This document shows positions 26,380 to 39,291 of a stretch of 64,000 nucleotides of DNA, piece after piece. A program made the translations under genes and the position numbers. Within the stretch, counting starts at the first letter, position 1. The number at the start of each line of letters is the position of its first letter. The stretch comes from Octopus vulgaris (lineage: Eukaryota), in the NCBI GenBank assembly GCA_951406725.2, contig OX597828.1, forward strand, positions 4,030,001 through 4,094,000, given 5' to 3'. The notes under the pieces were generated by a model, which was not told where the DNA came from, did no database searches, and saw only the letters and a list, made by a program, of their open reading frames with translations.

Positions 26380-27420
26380 GTTTGTCCATGAGGATAAAAC
26401 AATTTCCGAGGGCAATCTACAAGTGAACAAATCCCTGTGTAATTGTGTAAACAAAACTCGATGCCCTTTAGGAAATCAGTGTTTAAAAAGAATATAATAT
26501 ATCAGTGTGAAATAATAACTAGATATCGTAAGTATTAGTATATTGGTTCTTTTCAAACTAGTTGGACATCTAGATTTTATAATCATTCTACTTCCTTTAA
26601 ATATAGAAGGAAATGTAGTTCTACTAATCTTTGTGAATGCATTTGGAATTTAAAGGATAAGAATATTAAATATAATTTAAAGTGGTCCATTATTAGTTAT
26701 GCAACATCGTATAATATTGGTTATTCTACTTGTTATCTTTCCTCCGAAGAATTATATTTTATAATTAATTCGCAATTAATTTTATTGAATTTTAATAGAT
26801 ACCTACCCTTAAGATGTTTCCATAAATTTAGAAGACATTTGAATATTTAAATTATTAAATATAATAATCTTTTAATTAATCATTATATGGTAAGGTTAAT
26901 TTCTTTTTAAGTGCTTAATATGATGAGTAAGTGATTATAGCGATTTAAAGTAACTAAGCTTCGATTAAGCATAACGTAGAACTTTTAATTATCCATCGGG
27001 ATCATCATAAATTGTATATATTATTACATATAGTAATTTTTATTTATTATATAATAATCGTAATTCCTATAAAAATGTATTATAAAAAAATAAATAGGTA
27101 TTTAATTATCTTTTGCATTATTTAAATTCTTCAGTTATCTAGCGTAGTCAAGAATAATTGTATATATTATTATTAATTATAATAATTTTTCAATTATTAT
27201 ATACTAAGGTTAATTCCTATGTAAGAGTTTATTAAAATGAATAATTAGATACTCGGTTGTCTTTTGTGACATTTTTATTTTTTGATTACCCAGGGAGATC
27301 CTCCGTGGTTGTATACATTGCTGAATATAATATTTCTTCAGTTATTATAAAATAAGATTAATTCCTATAGAGGGGTTTATATTAGATAAATAGGTAATTC
27401 ATTATTGCGACCTGAAGTAT
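26380..27420 (+). mobile_element. PLE 3' fragment: GIY-YIG domain relic and AT-rich tail (possibly Naiad-like)
   Basis: CNC.....CPL...CL, IIYQCEI, YIGS....W..RFYNH..SF, T.L...IW.LK, W.I and CYL..EE pattern over 26435-26830. Confidence 0.75.
27010..27410. repeat. Three diverged ~150 bp tandem units
   Basis: TTGTATAYATT...TTATTATA...TAATTCCTAT recurs at ~27012, ~27158 and ~27309. Confidence 0.7.
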
Positions 27421-28205
27421 ATAAGTTTCTATCAAGCTTTACATACAATATTTTTCTGTAATTTTTATTCTTCAGCTATCTATTGAGCAATTTTCGTTCA
27501 TTGAATATCCAGTGATGTCATCAATTTTAGTAGATAAATAGAATTGTTAAAAAGTATGGAATTAAAATGGTATTTTTAATATCTCTATATTTTTAGAATT
27601 TTTTAAATATTTTATTTTTATAAACTAAATTAGTTATTTAATGCTGTCGCTCTTTGTTGAATGAATGAATGCTAAAGTTGTGTTGGCGCTTCTTTTTTTT
27701 AGCGCTTTTTAACAACAAACATTTTCTCAGATGGCATTTGGATGGCATTAATAATGTTTTGTTGACAAATTCCCGCACATATCATCTTTGTTAACAATGT
27801 CATGTATATATGTATACGCATATATGCATATGCACAAGACGCCTATACGAGTGGGTTTCTCATATAAACCTAACTACACAGTATTCGGTGTTCTAACAGG
27901 GCAATCTGTGCTAAGTTGTATATAATATATACATTTTCGTACTAATACTGCTTCCTTTGCTAGTAATTAATTGTTAATAAGCCTCCATGCTATTTGCGAT
28001 ATCAGCGCCTAAAAACATGGTGATATCATATATGTTGTTGCAGCGACATTTGAATGGGATGCGATGATCTGTGGTCTCCACGGAAGAGGACCATTAGACC
28101 AAAGGGTCTAGGAGGCCTAATATTGCGTATTCGGTGGTCTAACAAGGCATCCATGTTAAGTTGCATATGTATATGCACATACATACATACACACACACAT
28201 ACACA

Positions 28206-28493
<288 letters not shown>

Positions 28494-29663
28494 GCATGCA
28501 TTTTAAGTAATCTTAAAAAAAACAGTAAGAAAATACTCGTACGTTTATAAGGTTTATGGTATAAGGTCCATCGACTTCTCCATTAAACTAAAATAGTTTT
28601 TTATGGCTTATATTTCCATATGTTATAGCGAACACCATATATGCACTTGAATCCATTCGCTTAAGAATGAATATACCTACCTATCTTCGCACATACTTAT
28701 AAACATTCAAGTTTACTTATATGTATTAATGTGTTTGTGTATGTAGGTTTGTACATATATATATATATATATACATTTGTGTGTGTGTACATATGCATGT
28801 GTGAGAGATTCTCTGTGTTTATGTGTGAGTAAAAAGATTGGCATGAGAACACACAAATTTATCTTCCTTATTAGAAACTCCAAGAATATAATCTCGTATT
28901 ATATGTAGATATTGATAATTTGCGGATAACTTCCTTCCCAGTTGGTTCGTCTAATGAAGGATGTGCAATTAAGAATTTATAATTATGAAGACAAAATTCG
29001 GAGCGTGCACGTGCGTTGCAGTTAAACATGTGTTTAAGCCATTATAGCTAGATTCCTCGGTATTCCACCATTAAAAATATGCACGTAAATTAACTGCAGC
29101 TGTACAGTACATGCCGAATATCTGCACGGACAAACAGGATGCTGAAACAACGTGGCATTAATTGAAGACGTAATTAAATAACCTGATTTATATTGAAGAA
29201 GAAAAAATTATATATATATATGTAGGTAAATTTCTTTAGACGATGCATATGCACATATCTCTCTGCCTTTTCTTCCATTACCACTCTCTGCGTATGTATG
29301 CATATGCATATATGTGTACATATGTGTGTGCGTGCGTGTGTGTGTACGCCTTGAGTATTTCCGGCTAAGGCGGTTCGAAAATCATTAAATAAAGATTAGA
29401 CACATTGACACTTTAGCATATATATTCACAAACTATTATAGTAAATTGGCAAACATGAGCACTATGTAGAAACCTAATGCTGTAAAATAAACTTGACTGA
29501 TAGAGTGATATAGAGAAATCCTTCACGTGCGCACACAATACACGAACTTGACTATACATTCCCTCAGATATATATGTATATGTACATATTTATAGAACTG
29601 CCTTGTCGGAAATACTCAAATCGTGACCACTAATCAGTTATCCAAACACATAATTCACTTAGC

Positions 29664-29724
<61 letters not shown>

Positions 29725-32107
29725 ACAATAGATTAAATAGAGTGATCCAGTTGACAATTTAACAATTTATTTATATTATAATATAACATAATATACTCTG
29801 AATATAATATAATATAAGATAGCATAAAGAATTATCTAAAAATCGAAAGGAGCCAACAAGTTACTTTGACTTATATACCTTATATACATGATTTAATTTA
29901 TAACCAATTCATAACCATGTACATGTGTCTCTTCAGGGTTTTGATTCAAAAGAAATTCTGTGTGAAAGGACGGCCACATTTCAAACCAATAGATTCAGAT
30001 ACCTATGTTTAGGAGCGTGTGCGTTGACGTTGCAACTGCATAACGTGTTCCATTAAAAAAATTTTAATGGACAAAATAATTAAATAGATAAGTAAATAGA
30101 ATCTACAACAACCGAAATATATTTCTATATATCTCAGTGTATATTAATTCAAATTCGGTTTGGTCGAAGACAATCTTTAGCTATTTAATTAACATACAAT
30201 ATTATATAACTATATAAATGAATTAAGTGTCAGAGTCACACTTAATCTTGAAACGGTAATAAAACGTGTAAATAGATATTCTTTCTCTAAATGTGCCGGA
30301 AAAAAACAGCTTCCAGTATTATAGCTAGCGATTTATTTATTTGCAATATTTTCCATTTATTTATAATTACACAGAAAAATTATATAAATGATATTATAAT
30401 ATATATGCTGTAGGTTCATGGAGTAGCGATGATTAATATTAAGCTGCTTACAGTTATATTCAAAACGTTGGTGTGGCCTCAAATCTGGAAAGACCACTTT
30501 GGCGGAAACTATCTCCGGAAAGAAAAATTCCTTATGGACAACCTGCATAATAACACAACGCCATGGGTTATGAAAGATGCCATCGCACGATGTGTCAGCT
30601 GTTCTATGTTGCTACACTTCATCAGCTACCGGAATCAAATCCGCCTTTCATTGTCTTAATTTATTAATGGGTGAATAAATTTGTCAAGCTGCAATCACTT
30701 AAATAAAGGAGCACTAGACAGCAACAATTAGAATTAAAGATCTGTACAGCAACTGTAACACCATTTTGTACACAAACTTTGAAAGACCTTTTGCTACCTA
30801 AACCGTCTTCGGAGATAATTTTTTTCTCATAAACAATATGTAGGAAAGTATCCTCCTTGGGTATGAATGTGCCGACGGACAATAGGTCAAGTGTGTCTAC
30901 ATCAGTGCGCTATGAAGAATCGAGACACCATCTACCTGTGATGAAGTGTAACTAGCGAGAGACATATGTCCTATAATTCTATGACGTCATTCATAGCCAG
31001 GCGCTGTGTTTCACAAATAGATTTCTGTCTCGAGTTTTTGAAGCTTAAGTCTTTCCATCTTTTAGTGTATTCGAATGTGCTAAGTAATAACTACATAATT
31101 ATGTTGTACATTTATGTTAAGAAATAAATAATAATTTTAAATAATGCTGGGGCGAGGGTACGTAAGAAGCTTACACGAAAGTCAATGAAAATAGTAATTT
31201 TATTTCTTGCATGCATCGAAAAATGTTCTTTCAAACTTTTCCAATATGTGTGCGCGTGTGTGCTACTTATTTTAAAGACATCACCAAGGGTAAACGAAGA
31301 ATAACTATTTTGCAGGTGTTTACCCACACAAAAGTAAATATTTCACTTTACTAAACACACACACACGCACACGCACACACGAATACATATATAAATATGA
31401 ATACATACATTTGCAAGGAAGAGAGAAAATAATATTAGCGATATTTCAAAATTCATTCTTACTATTTGCATAATTCTTACAACACACCATCGTTATGAAG
31501 AGCATAACTATCTCATCGAGAAGTTCTTTGGAAATATGATCTACAAAGTCGAGTTGCGCTCGTATATATTGTAAAGATGATAAAAAACAAATAGAGATAA
31601 AGCTAAAATAAAACATAAAAGTTATAATGTAAGATCAGGTGGTAGCTATTGGATACATCAATATATATATATCGTATACAGCGTTATGGATAAGATGATA
31701 ATATGCAAATGATAGTGTATAATGTTATGAAGTACTAAGTAACATGAGACAGAGAAATCCAAACATTCCAAAGACCACGCTATATATATATCCACATTTT
31801 ACAAGAACAAGTTACGTAACAACATTCATCCATGCAAATAGAAACATATATACAGTTTATATATTATATATTATATAGACTGGATATTTGTGCCCTATAT
31901 GTTTGTATATCGTTCTATGAATGGAATCACTGCTATTAATGTTTGTAATATGTGTATAACAAAGTCCTCTGAAAAGTTGAAACACTCTAAGCGTAGTGCA
32001 AAGCTTTGTACTCATTAGTCTATATATAGTATGTATGTATGTATGCATGTATGTATGTATGTATGTATTCTCATGTATGTATGTATGTATGTATGTATGT
32101 ATATATC

Positions 32108-32480
32108 TGTCAGGTCATTTTCGAGTGCTACTGGTAACATGTAATCCAGTACAACCTGTTGCATGCTCGGGTCGTCGGCGACTAAACCGGCAACCCCCAC
32201 CAAGCTTGCTTGGTGAGGAGGGTGTTTATTGGACAACCCGCGGGATGAAAAACAAAGCCTGTCAAAGGGCGGAGGAACTCTTGAGTGTCAACGGCCATCC
32301 AATAAATGTTTTAAGGCTGTATCATGCGCGGGGACATAGAAATAACCGGACTGAATACCCGAACGTTCGGTTAAACCATTGGGAGTGAAGGACTCCTAGC
32401 CTTTGTTAGGGCATCCTTCTAGGAGCAGGTAACTCTGGTAACTGGGATAACTCCGACATAAAACCTGCGGCTCACTGGTT
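32108..32480 (+). mobile_element. Isolated RTE-like 5'UTR or non-autonomous derivative
   Basis: GC-richer island with CTAGGAGCAGGTAACTCTG (32420-32438), matching CTAGGAGAAAGTGACTCTG in the 5'UTR of the RTE at 63315-63334(-). Confidence 0.5.
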
Positions 32481-32661
32481 ACCGATGATGTTGACTTGTT
32501 CTTCTTTTCAGGTTATGGCTGCTGTTGCTTAGTGAGTGGGATTGACTCAGTGCACAGCCTTTCCTCACTTTAAAAAAATATTCTTGCATAGGCATTGCAC
32601 GATAACAGCATTGATTAAGCTTCGTGCAATGGCCATAGTCGATAACGAGGGGGCAGCCACC

Positions 32662-32705
<44 letters not shown>

Positions 32706-32715
32706 GTGTGTATAT

Positions 32716-32762
<47 letters not shown>

Positions 32763-32769
32763 CAACGTA

Positions 32770-32849
32770 CAACGCCCGGTCTGGGAATGGAAACCGCGAT
32801 CCTACGACCGCGAGTCCGATTCCCTAATCACTGGGCCAGTGCACCTCCG
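32770..32849 (-). mobile_element. tRNA-like head of a SINE (family S2)
   Basis: Minus strand reads GGAGGTGCACTGGCCCAGTGATTAGG (A box)...GCGGTTTCCATTCCC (B box-like)...GGGCGTT; same start and end as 37157 onward. Confidence 0.7.
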
Positions 32850-32877
32850 CACACACACACACACGCATATATGAATA

Positions 32878-33656
<779 letters not shown>

Positions 33657-33675
33657 ATATATATATAAGTTAGCC

Positions 33676-34430
33676 TTGATATTAACTCTCACGCGACTCT
33701 GCATCTTTCTTTCTTTCTATTCCATTCCCTTTTTCGTCTTTTTTCCCTCACTTAACTTGTCTCTTCCTCTCTCTCTCATTCTTCATTCTCTCTCTCCCCC
33801 TCACCATTCTTCATGGTCTCCTCGCACTATTCCCCTTCTTCTCTCCCTTCCTCTTGCTCCTCCTCCCCCATTCCCGTCGTCCATCTGCGACGATACTTCC
33901 GTCGTAACTGCTATCCTGTCTTTTCTCGCCCGCCTTCTAAGGCTACTGGTCGACATTCCTGCTCTCTCGTCGTCCACTATAATCCAGCGTTTGCAATACT
34001 TTTTTCGTCTGGCGTAAACAGCCCTTCTTATCTTGTTCTCCTTGTCCTGTCTCTTACTGTTATATATTTATTTTTCCACTGTTTATATATATTTCTTTAC
34101 TGTTTATATGTTTGTACTGTCGTTACCGTCTTGCGTTTTTTACCTTTTTTTACCCCTCTGCGAAAAGATCTCAGAATTTTAATTGATTTGCTTTTCGCAG
34201 GAAGGAAGTTTCTTCGAAGATACGTCTCGCTTTTATCCTTCGAAACGTAGAATAGATGAAATATTAGCGACTGAAGAAGGGGTTTTTTCGTTGTGCTCAT
34301 TGTCCTGTACTCCCTTTTTTTCTTGTCCTGTTCCTTGGTTTGTGTCTTGTTTTTCGTCTCTCTATGTGTTCGACGTCTTTTTGGTGTCCTGTACACATAT
34401 ATGTGTGTATATGTACATGTAGAGGTAGGT
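33676..34430 (+). mobile_element. Pyrimidine-rich repeat terminus, probably a PLE pLTR (family P2)
   Basis: 34170-34410 is homologous to 36900-37150 (GGAAGGA...CCTTYGAAAC...CTGAAGAAGGGG...GTGTTCGACGT); TA-flanked. Confidence 0.55.
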
Positions 34431-34472
34431 ACGTACATATATGTTTATATATGCATATGTTCTTTTATTAAC

Positions 34473-34521
<49 letters not shown>

Positions 34522-34618
34522 TATATACATATATATATATACATACAGGATATCCATTTAATTGTGAATCGTCTATATACTAATATACGCATGTACATCC
34601 TAATGTGTGTGTATACGC

Positions 34619-34672
<54 letters not shown>

Positions 34673-34676
<4 letters not shown>

Positions 34677-35150
34677 GGTAAAAGTAAATACAGGTGGATC
34701 AGTTAATTATGCTATTTTATTCAAAATATTCACCATCTCAGATACATACACTTATTGCAGCAGTCCTTCACTTTCTCTAAGCTATGTAAAAAGAACTCGG
34801 AATGTTGTGCCTTGAAACAAACCTCAGTAGTAGGGATCACTGTGGAAATTCGCTCCCTTCAGATGTTTCCCCAGTTGAGGAAATAAGTGATAGTTGGAGG
34901 GGACCGATTGCGAATAGTAAGGTGAGTGGTCTACCGTGGAGTTCCTTGTGCTGTGTGTGCTGGTACATTTTTCAGGACACCAAGGCTCTGGTTCCCACGG
35001 CGTTTCGGATTCGATGTTTCAGGCAGTTCGTACAACGGAGTCATGTAGTATACTGCCTGTTCTATTGGCATATAAACATTACTATTCGCTATTGTTACTG
35101 TATTTCTCTCGCTCAGAAATTTAAAAGAAGTTGCCATTCTCTATACTAGA
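34673..35150 (-). mobile_element. Mariner/Tc1 transposase 3' relic
   Basis: Minus strand has HSPYYS (an HPPYSPDL remnant, ~34930-34905) and terminal GEYFE* (~34733-34717); begins at a TA tract. Confidence 0.65.
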
Positions 35151-35324
35151 GTAGCGCCTATGTGTCGCCTAAAGAACTATATAGCATTAGTTAGTGGAGA
35201 GAGCTTTCGTCACTTGCTTGTTTTTGACACCCAGAAACCTAGGTCTGTGAGTATCCCGCAAGGCTAGAGATGGGAGTGATTATCTCCGTTGCAAATGCTA
35301 TACTGACACAAGCTGTGTATCGAT

Positions 35325-35537
35325 CTTCTCTTCTTAATCCTTTTTACCCCTTGTGGAGCATAGGGCCTCAACAGTTGTTTTCCACTTTTTTCGGTCACTG
35401 ACGTGTTTCTTGGCTGCTTCCCATGTGAGGCCGGTGGTCCTGAGCTCGTCCAAAATGCTCCGCTTCTACGTCTGCTTCGGGCGTCCTCGTTTCCTTTTCC
35501 CCTGCAGGTTCCAGTCAAGTGCTTGTCGTGTCACATT
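35325..35537 (-). mobile_element. 5'-truncated RTE LINE 3' end with 11-bp target-site duplication
   Basis: TRQALDWNLQGKRKRGRPKQT...ALCS; TSD TGTGTATCGAT at 35314-35324 and 35538-35548. Confidence 0.88.
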
Positions 35538-36706
35538 TGTGTATCGATAGCCACTGCAAAAAATGATTTTTGGGTGGCTAAAACAACAGTAACATTCTGT
35601 TAGTATATAGACATTACTATGCTACTTTATATCGCCAGTTATTAGCTACAAAGCTGAGGATCCGAAATATTTGAAACATCTATCGCTGAACCTCAAACAT
35701 GCCATAATTTACTGAGACTCGAGTAGGGCCATTAATTTACATAGATGTGTGTGTGTGTGTGTGTGCGTGTGTCTGTGCGTATGCGTGTGAAGTTAGAGAT
35801 TTTTTCTACGTATATTGAATATTCGTCATTTCATAATTGGCTCAACGGTATCGTTACCAGAATCAGAATGCATATACTCAAGGCGATGAACGAGACTCCG
35901 AAACCTTAACTGAATAAGAAATAATGAAATTATATTGTCGAATTTCTATAATTGAATGTTAAATAGCAGATGTTACCTTTATATTCTCGAATATGTAGCG
36001 GAAACTGCATGTAATTTCCATTGGCAAACATAGCATAACTTTGATATTTTAAGATAAACTGTAGCTTGCACAACAATATGCAAATTCACAAATTGAAATA
36101 AATAAAGGAATGTTTGTTTTCTTTGGAACGAAACATTTTATAAGGTAATGCATTTCAAAAATATAAAACAAGTCCCGTAAATTGCAAATTTAATGAGGCA
36201 TAGGAATATTTTTCAGAAGATCATTTTAATTGCTGCTTAAATATTTAGAATTTATTTCCTTCAACATATTGTCTTTAACATATTTATGTAGTGTCGATAC
36301 ACGCCAACACAAAAGCGTGCAAATATATTTATATCTGTGATTGTGTATGTGTGTGTATATATATAGATAGATAGATAGCTACACATATACACACACATAT
36401 GGATATGTACATATATATGTGAATATATATATATATGTGTGTGTGTGTGTCACACATACATGTCTGCGTAGGGCGTGTAGGTTACAGGTAGATATGCTGT
36501 GTATGTAGATTCGCAGCCCAGCCTGAGCATACAATAATGTTCTTGATGAAACATAATAATTCACTTGTATGCACATCTGTATGTCTGTCTGTCTATGTAT
36601 GTACGTATCATGTATGTATGCATGCATTCATGCATGCGTGCATGCTTGCATGTATGTATGTAAGTATGTATGTATCTCTCTATCTAATTACTTATGTATA
36701 TATATT

Positions 36707-36761
<55 letters not shown>

Positions 36762-36833
36762 ATATACGTATGTATGTGTGTATATGTGTATCTGCGCAAA
36801 TGTATATGTTCATGTATATGTATGTACGTTGTA

Positions 36834-36869
<36 letters not shown>

Positions 36870-36899
36870 TGTATGTATGTATGTATATATATATATATA

Positions 36900-37150
36900 T
36901 CTCAAATTTTATTTAATTTGCTTTGCGGGAAGGACTGTTTCCTTAAGTCGTGTCTTGCTTTTACCTTTGAAACACGGAGTAGACGAAACAGAGGTGGCTG
37001 AAGAAGGGGAATTTTCCTTGTGTTGTATGTCTTGTACTCTGCTTTTTCGTTGTTTAAAACGATGTCCGTTTTCTTGGTTTTGTTTTTATGTTTTCGTTTC
37101 TCATTGTGTTCGACGTTTTTTTTTTATGTCCTTTACCCATAGATGCATGT
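36900..37150 (+). mobile_element. Second copy of family P2 terminus
   Basis: Collinear with 34170-34410. Confidence 0.6.
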
Positions 37151-37156
37151 ATATGT

Positions 37157-37420
37157 GGAGACATAATGACCCAGTGGTTAGGGCGTTGTGAGTGTTTATT
37201 GAGCAAAAACATCTAAAGCTCCACGAAACTCCGGCATGGGGTGGTGGTGATCCCTGCTGTACTCTTTCGCTACAACTTTCTCTCGCTCTTTCTTCTGTTG
37301 GCCTGCTTGCTTAGCCAACGGGGTGGCGTTATTTGAAGGCTAAAACAATGCGAAGCGTATTGTGAGCAGCGATGTGTAGCAACATCTGATAGCCTGGTCG
37401 GTCACGATGATCACGGTGAT
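37157..37420 (+). mobile_element. tRNA-derived SINE (family S2) with internal deletion in the head
   Basis: GGAG...CCCAGTGGTTAGGG joins directly to CGTTGT; the tRNA middle seen at 32770-32849 is missing (GGG microhomology). Confidence 0.65.
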
Positions 37421-37490
37421 ATATACATATAGATGTAGGTAAGTACATATATGTATATATGCATGTTTTATTTATTATTTTGTTGTCATA

Positions 37491-37547
<57 letters not shown>

Positions 37548-37954
37548 TCCATAGTTTCTCGTTGCCTGTTTCCCTTTCACTAAACTTTTTTATATCTTAC
37601 TTTCCCCTATCCCCTCACACCACTCTCACTCCCCTCGCTATCTTATGTCATTCTATCACTCAGCCATTATTTCTTCCAAGGGAGGCTACTCCCTAACATT
37701 GATAGTTTTTCTAGAGTTACCTCCTTCAATGCTCCAACTTTAATCTATAATCTATGCATGGGATAAGGCCTAAACAAACACATCGATTTTTTGCACTTGC
37801 GACATGAATTTCGGAACAGAAATAGCGCAGTTCAATTTTCATTTGCCTAAGCTTTAAGTGACCTATTTTTGGTGGTTCTACGATTTGTTGGCTTGGAGGA
37901 GATGTGCCAGGAAGTTAAACACACAGACACACAAGTTGAGTTATATATATATAT

Positions 37955-38757
37955 TTCTCCCTCTTCTTCTCTCTTTCCCTCTACTCTCTTTCCCTATTCT
38001 CCCCTAATCTCTTTCCCTTCTCTCTTTCTCTCTGCTCCCTCACTCCCCTTCTCTCCCCTCTCCCCTCTCTCCTCCCTCCACCCCTCCTACTCACCCCTAC
38101 CCCACACCTATCCCCAACATACATCACCCCTATCCCATACCCATCTCCCACATACCTCACCTCTAACCTCACCCTCTACCTAACCACAACCCCCACCCTT
38201 CCCCAACCCCCAACCCCACCTGTGCTTTCCACACTCTCGCCTCCCACACCTCCCCACATCACACCACACTACACTACACCATACAACATTACACATCACA
38301 GCACACCACCCATACACCCATCCCCATATCTTTACACCTACACATACATACACATATCACATCACAACACACTACCCACACACCCATCCCCACACCTCCA
38401 CACTCACACATACGTCCAGACCACCAGCCCTCTTTCACACGCACATACTTACACTCTTATACACACACGCACCTTTGTGTTGGGGGCACCTTCGTATTGG
38501 AAGTCACTTGACCCTGTTATCTCCCCTACTGTCCCTCTCGCGTCTGACCACTGTCCGAAGTCAGGACGCCATGATAGATAGCTAGTTCGTACGCGCATTT
38601 TTTCTCTCCTTGTTTTTTTTCTGTGTATCTTTCTGTCGAAGAGCGTAGGCTCGAAACGTAAAAGACTTTTTCTATTCCTGAGCGCTATACTAATACATTT
38701 GTTTGTTTGTACTCCACCTGCGTTCGTTTTTTGTTTATTTTTGTAAACTTTCCCTTT
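37955..38757 (+). mobile_element. PLE 3' tail and terminus, family P1
   Basis: C/CA-rich tail, then a terminus homologous to 15808-15990 and 63536-63750; TA-flanked. Confidence 0.75.
38628..38665 (+). ncRNA. Minimal type I hammerhead-like motif (A6U variant, extra A)
   Basis: Stem I TCTTT/AAAGA, core CTGTCGA-A, stem II GAGC-GTAG-GCTC, GAAA-CG-TA (palindromic ACGT stem III, GUA site). Confidence 0.65.
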
Positions 38758-38887
38758 ATATATATATATATATATATAACAGGTTGCTTGACCGCATACC
38801 GAAAAAATAGAAATAGCAGTCAAGAATGCTTATTTCTATCAAAGTTGGACTCCGGGCATGACAAACCCTGTAATTCACATATACATA

Positions 38888-38953
<66 letters not shown>

Positions 38954-39227
38954 CAACAATTGAGGGTAAAATTAATTAATTATTAATCAATTTCACCAAG
39001 TATTCAGTATGTAAAGGGACCATTTTAGGCGAATTCAAAATATTACATTATATATAAGGGCTTAGTAAAATAAATTACTTTGCCACATACTGAACTCATT
39101 AGAAATAGCAGCTAAAGAAATTTCTTTAGCCATTTCTAATACTTAAAGAAGATCTCTCTCAGATAGTGTTTGCTCAAACCAACTCACAAAGGTATGTGGG
39201 AAAAAACATTAAAAAATCAAGTGCAAA

Positions 39228-39291
39228 GGTTATTTGAGAACGTACGTTTCTAGATTAGTCAAATCGACATTTCTTTCGTCAGCTCATAACT
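39228..39291 (-). ncRNA. Type I hammerhead ribozyme motif
   Basis: Reverse-complement copy of 40241-40304; stem I GTTATGAG / CTCAAATAAC. Confidence 0.65.

Noticed and set aside
26435-26830. Selenocysteine recoding, as reported for some Naiad PLEs
   Set aside because: The Cys positions I could read use TGT/TGC; no in-frame TGA at conserved Cys sites was seen.
29760-30960. Possible further PLE or DNA-transposon relic between TA tracts
   Set aside because: No motif could be read with confidence; left unannotated.
32770-32849. Functional tRNA gene
   Set aside because: Acceptor and T stems do not pair properly, and the same ends head a longer SINE body at 37157; treated as a SINE head.
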